From the IMG/VR virus record IMGVR_UViG_3300020477_000990, positions 264,150-328,149 of that record: a stretch of DNA of 64,000 nt; one strand, 5' to 3'. The notes below the pieces were generated by a model, which saw nothing but the letters and a program-made list of their open reading frames with translations, was not told the DNA's origin and did no database searches. Both the position numbers and the translations under genes were made by a program. Below, piece by piece: positions 60,732-64,000 of the stretch. The stretch's first letter is position 1; each line of letters opens with the position of its first letter.

Positions 60732-61196
60732 ATGAAAACTATTGATCTTATTCTAGGTTCTGATCATAGAGGCCTAGAATTAAAACATGAATTGCTAGAT
60801 TGGATATCACCGGACGATATCGAAAACGAAACAAAGTTTGATGTGGCGGTAATACAAAATTTAAAACCACATGATAATAAAAAACCTGTTGACTATCCAG
60901 ATGTATTAAAAGAGTTTGGACATTATTTTGATATATACAATCATGGTATATTAATATGTGGATCTGGATTTGGTATGTGTATTGGTGCAAATAGATTTAA
61001 AAATGTTAGAGCAGTAGTTTGTAGAGATGTATTTGATGTTGAACAGGCTAGACAACATAACAATATGAATGTATTATGTATGGGTGCAGATTATACAGAT
61101 TTTGATACAGCAAAATATATGGTTGAAGCTTTCTTTACAGAAAAGTTTGAAGGTGGTAGACATTTGCGTAGAGTTAAAAAGTTAGGTAAGTTATGA
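60732..61196 (+). CDS. rpiB: ribose-5-phosphate isomerase B
   Basis: GSDHRG, DYPD, ICGSGFG, ARQHNN.N, FEGGRH..RV. Confidence 0.95.
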   Translation: MKTIDLILGSDHRGLELKHELLDWISPDDIENETKFDVAVIQNLKPHDNKKPVDYPDVLKEFGHYFDIYNHGILICGSGFGMCIGANRFKNVRAVVCRDVFDVEQARQHNNMNVLCMGADYTDFDTAKYMVEAFFTEKFEGGRHLRRVKKLGKL

Positions 61197-61528
61197 GTGA
61201 TTTAGTAGTACTTCATATAATTGATCGTAAAGGTGAGAAACGCACAATAGAAGCAGAAGTTGGTAAAACTTTAAAAGATGTTATAGCAAAAGAAATTGAA
61301 ATGGATCATTTTGGTGACTGTGGAGGTTGTTGTGCCTGTGCAACTTGTCATTTGTATATTGAATCAAGTATGGCATGGTCATTAAATGGTCATCATGAAT
61401 TAGGTGAAGAAGAAAAAGATATGCTTGAAATGACAGACAACGTTACTACAGAATCTAGATTAGGTTGCCAAGTAGAAATAAATCCTCAAATGGATGGAAT
61501 GACAATAACAGTAGCACAAGATATTTAA
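61193..61528 (+). CDS. fdx: 2Fe-2S ferredoxin (adrenodoxin/ISC type)
   Basis: CGGCCACATCH and SRLGCQ. Confidence 0.93.
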   Translation: MSDLVVLHIIDRKGEKRTIEAEVGKTLKDVIAKEIEMDHFGDCGGCCACATCHLYIESSMAWSLNGHHELGEEEKDMLEMTDNVTTESRLGCQVEINPQMDGMTITVAQDI

Positions 61529-61929
61529 TGACAAGAATTAATTTAATAGAGCCTAATAAATTAACTAATCAACATTTAGTTGCAGAATATAGAGAAATTT
61601 TTATGGTTGGATCATCTTTACAAAGATCATTAAAATCACCTAGTTGGGAAAAAACAAAAAATACACTTCCTACTGAATTTACATTAAATGGTGGTCATGT
61701 TAAATTTTTTTATAACAAAGGAAAATATTTAAGTAAAAGATATTTAAAACTTATTAAAGAAATGAAACGTAGAGGTATGAATCCTGATCCAAATCGCAAA
61801 TTTAAAAAAGAACAATGGCCTAATGAATTATATAAAGATTGGCATCCAACAAGTAAAGATATAAAAATAATTAAAAAACGAATAGAAGAAAAAATAAATT
61901 TAAAACCTGATTGGTATAGATATGGTTGA
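61528..61929 (+). CDS. denV: pyrimidine-dimer DNA glycosylase (endonuclease V)
   Basis: MTRIN..L..QHLVAEYRE, GHVKFFYNK, KPDWY. Confidence 0.93.
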   Translation: MTRINLIEPNKLTNQHLVAEYREIFMVGSSLQRSLKSPSWEKTKNTLPTEFTLNGGHVKFFYNKGKYLSKRYLKLIKEMKRRGMNPDPNRKFKKEQWPNELYKDWHPTSKDIKIIKKRIEEKINLKPDWYRYG

Positions 61930-62863
61930 AAAATCACAATACACAGAATCAAATACAGAGTTTAAGCGAAATGGAAACTCAATTTATAATGGTGAGTTTT
62001 TATCATACTTACTTGATAAAGATTTTTTTAATACAGCATTAAAAGAAGATGTAATGTGTCAACAGAAGTTTGTTGATTACTATCCAGACTGGGTGTGTAG
62101 TAGTACATTAAATTGTATTCGCGGTTTATCTACGTTCAACTATCGTTTTCCATCAGTTGGAGTTACACAATCATTAGACGAATTTCATTATACAATATTA
62201 GAAGAACATAGAACGTTAAGAATGTTTAGGGGTGAATATCCTTACAACAGAGATGTACATAAATTTTTTAATGATGTACAATCTAATTTTATAGATGATA
62301 GACCTTTACAAAAAAATGATGCAGTTATTATAAGTTGTCCATTTAGTGGTACAGGATCCACGCATGAAAAAATGAATGAAATGCTTGATCAAGCATTAGA
62401 ACTTAAAGTTCCAGTTTTTGTTGATATGGCCTGGTTTGGAACGTGTGCTAATATTGATATAGATTTATCACATTTAGCAATACAAGAAGTTGCGTTCTCT
62501 ACAACTAAAGGATTGTGTACCGGTGATTACAGGGCTGGTATAAGGTTTAGTAGGCATGGAAAAGTAGATTATACATCAGGAGAACGTAAAGATAGATTAG
62601 CCTTACAGGCTGATTGGACTCATGGCTGTCATCTTAATACTAGAATTAGTTTAGAATTAATGGCACATTTTGGTCCAGATCATCAATGGAATAAATATAG
62701 CAAAGCACAAAAGCAAGTTTGTGAAACATATAATTTAACACCAAGTAATTGTGTCCATATAGCATTAGGTGATGAAAATTGGTTGCAATTCAATAGAGAT
62801 AAATTGTATAATAGAGTAAATATAGGTAAAGTTGTAAAAAGAACACATGGGCAAAGTAATTGA
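61922..62863 (+). CDS. PLP-dependent enzyme-like (aminotransferase fold I)
   Basis: GEY.Y, PVFVDMAW (Asp), FSTTKG (Schiff-base Lys), RAGIR. Confidence 0.6.
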   Translation: MVEKSQYTESNTEFKRNGNSIYNGEFLSYLLDKDFFNTALKEDVMCQQKFVDYYPDWVCSSTLNCIRGLSTFNYRFPSVGVTQSLDEFHYTILEEHRTLRMFRGEYPYNRDVHKFFNDVQSNFIDDRPLQKNDAVIISCPFSGTGSTHEKMNEMLDQALELKVPVFVDMAWFGTCANIDIDLSHLAIQEVAFSTTKGLCTGDYRAGIRFSRHGKVDYTSGERKDRLALQADWTHGCHLNTRISLELMAHFGPDHQWNKYSKAQKQVCETYNLTPSNCVHIALGDENWLQFNRDKLYNRVNIGKVVKRTHGQSN

Positions 62864-63065
62864 TTTAATAAAGCATCCAAAATATATTAAAAAGATGATG
62901 CATGAAAAAGAGCTAAAGCAACGTATAATTAGTTTAGAAGAATTTTATAAGCATTTTGCTCATTTAGAAAAATTAAATAAAGAAGTACATAAGTTAAACA
63001 AAAGAGTTGAAAAGAAATTAGATAAGCTACTTTCTAAAAAAGATAAACCAGATGGCAAAAAATAA
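62847..63065 (+). CDS. small coiled-coil hypothetical protein
   Basis: 72 aa, coupled. Confidence 0.5.
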   Translation: MGKVIDLIKHPKYIKKMMHEKELKQRIISLEEFYKHFAHLEKLNKEVHKLNKRVEKKLDKLLSKKDKPDGKK

Positions 63066-63267
63066 ACCTAAAACTAAAAAACCATATTTAAAAGTTAGAC
63101 TAGTACCAGAAGATTCTAAAATGAAAGACCATGCGTTTTATTATTACGCAATGAAGCCAACTAAAGGCGAAAAGAAAAATCAAAAATTAAGAGTAAGAAA
63201 ATACGATCCAATAACAAGAGAGCACATTTGGTGGGTTGAAAAAAAATTACCTCCGCATAGTAAATAA
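63052..63267 (+). CDS. rpmG: 50S ribosomal protein bL33 (Zn-free type)
   Basis: KVRLV...YY..K...KLRVRKYDPITREH..WVEKK. Confidence 0.85.
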   Translation: MAKNKPKTKKPYLKVRLVPEDSKMKDHAFYYYAMKPTKGEKKNQKLRVRKYDPITREHIWWVEKKLPPHSK

Positions 63268-63278
63268 AAATTCCACAT

Positions 63279-63746
63279 ATGAAAAAACTTTGGTATCAGA
63301 AACGATCATCTGTTGAAGGAAATGGACTTTTTGCTAATCGATATATTGGTAAAGGTAAAAGAGTTATTCAATATACCGGTGATAAAGTTAAAAAGAAAAT
63401 TGGGTATAAACGAGCAGAAAAACATTTACCAAAAATTTTTATATTTGAATTGAATCATCATTATCTTATTGATGGTAAAGTTAGATGGAATCCTGCTAGA
63501 TTTATAAATCATTCATGTAATCCAAATTGTGATATAGAAATAGAAAATAATGAAATTTGGGTAATATCTAAAAAAAATATCAGAAAGCATCAAGAGTTAA
63601 ATTATAATTATGGTTATGCATTTGATACTGTTGACGTTAAAGATCATCCTTGTAAGTGTGGAGCCAAAAATTGTGTAGGATATATTTTAGATGAAGATGA
63701 TTGGCCAAAGTTAAAGAAATTCAAGAAAAAATTGACAAAAGTATAG
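63279..63746 (+). CDS. SET-domain lysine methyltransferase with post-SET
   Basis: GNGLFA, RFINHSCNPN, ELNYNY, CKCGAKNC. Confidence 0.92.
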   Translation: MKKLWYQKRSSVEGNGLFANRYIGKGKRVIQYTGDKVKKKIGYKRAEKHLPKIFIFELNHHYLIDGKVRWNPARFINHSCNPNCDIEIENNEIWVISKKNIRKHQELNYNYGYAFDTVDVKDHPCKCGAKNCVGYILDEDDWPKLKKFKKKLTKV

Positions 63747-63760
63747 AAATGTATTATAGT
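63732..63760 (+). promoter_or_regulatory. sigma70-type promoter of RNase P RNA
   Basis: TTGACA-N17-TATAGT; predicted start about 63767. Confidence 0.75.
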
Positions 63761-63768
63761 AAATACAT

Positions 63769-63922
63769 TAGCATAATCGGGCTATCGCTGGTAACAGAGG
63801 AAAGTCAGGACACAGGCAGATATGTGCAAGTCCAAATAGATTGTCAACGACTGCCAGGACAACGGGTAGGACGCAAAGATAAATGGTAGCAATGAACAGA
63901 ATCCTGCTTATGAATTATGCTA
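63769..63922 (+). ncRNA. rnpB: minimal RNase P RNA (catalytic domain only)
   Basis: Conserved blocks GAGGAAAGUC, GUGCAAG, AGAUAAAUG and AACAGAAUCCUGCUUA; P1, P2, P3, P4 (bulged U), P5, P6, P15 and P16 all pair. Confidence 0.88.
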
Positions 63923-63925
63923 TGT

Positions 63926-64000
63926 GGGGGATTAGCTCAGCTGGGAGAGCGCCTGATTTGCATTCAGGAGGTCAGCGGTTCGATCCCGCTATCCTCCACC
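63926..64000 (+). tRNA. tRNA-Ala(TGC), last A cut by window end
   Basis: Arm CCTGA-TTTGCAT-TCAGG; G3-U70 pair; ends ...CCACC. Confidence 0.93.

Noticed and set aside
3564-62880. Many minus-strand and nested ORFs (e.g. 6849-7526, 15076-15417, 37185-37739, 40600-41058)
   Set aside because: They are antisense or alternate-frame shadows of well-supported + strand genes, with no motifs or start signals.
63701-63889. 62-aa ORF in the track
   Set aside because: It overlaps the SET gene end, the promoter and the RNase P RNA; the structured RNA explains the sequence.
1-64000. Interpretation as a bacterial chromosome
   Set aside because: Housekeeping genes are orphans outside their operons, there is no rRNA, nearly all genes are on one strand, and T4-like late motifs, denV, an ATP ligase and fibre genes are present. 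Capsid and terminase genes are not in this window, so the phage call remains an inference.
1-64000. Alternative genetic code or stop-codon reassignment
   Set aside because: Conserved genes are full length in code 11, TAA, TAG and TGA all end genes, and no suppressor tRNA is seen.

Overview
This is a 64 kb, AT-rich, gene-dense segment with almost every gene on the + strand. It is best read as part of a very large (jumbo/huge) tailed-phage genome rather than a cell chromosome. Housekeeping genes appear as isolated singletons outside their normal operons (fusA, rplK, infC, rpsU, rpmG, clpX/clpP/clpS, dnaK, hsp20, nadE, speD, queD, guaC, prs, rpiB, 2Fe-2S ferredoxin, porin, SbmA-like transporter). 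They are mixed with phage-type genes (ATP-dependent ligase, DenV glycosylase, fibre-like protein, putative internal head proteins), T4-like late-promoter cores (TAAATA) and sigma70 promoters. The host-like genes look alphaproteobacterial, plausibly SAR11-like; this is inference from memory of these families, not a database result. Seven tRNAs with encoded CCA are present (the last is cut off by the window end). Most striking observations: (1) a 154-nt RNase P RNA at 63769-63922 with an intact catalytic domain (P1-P6, P15, P16) but no specificity domain, under its own promoter and 3 nt upstream of tRNA-Ala; (2) many apparently leaderless transcripts alongside phage IF3, bS21, uL11, bL33 and EF-G; (3) a family of proteins sharing an N-terminal M-K/R-I/L-x-E/D tag, including multi-domain polyproteins likely cut after Glu, one of which would expose a Tat signal; (4) seven radical SAM genes plus an amidinotransferase, glycosyltransferase-like, methyltransferase-like and 2OG-oxygenase-like genes; (5) cis-regulatory RNAs (preQ1-I-like before queD, ROSE-like before hsp20, an SD-sequestering three-way junction); (6) a candidate -1 frameshift at an A9 run.
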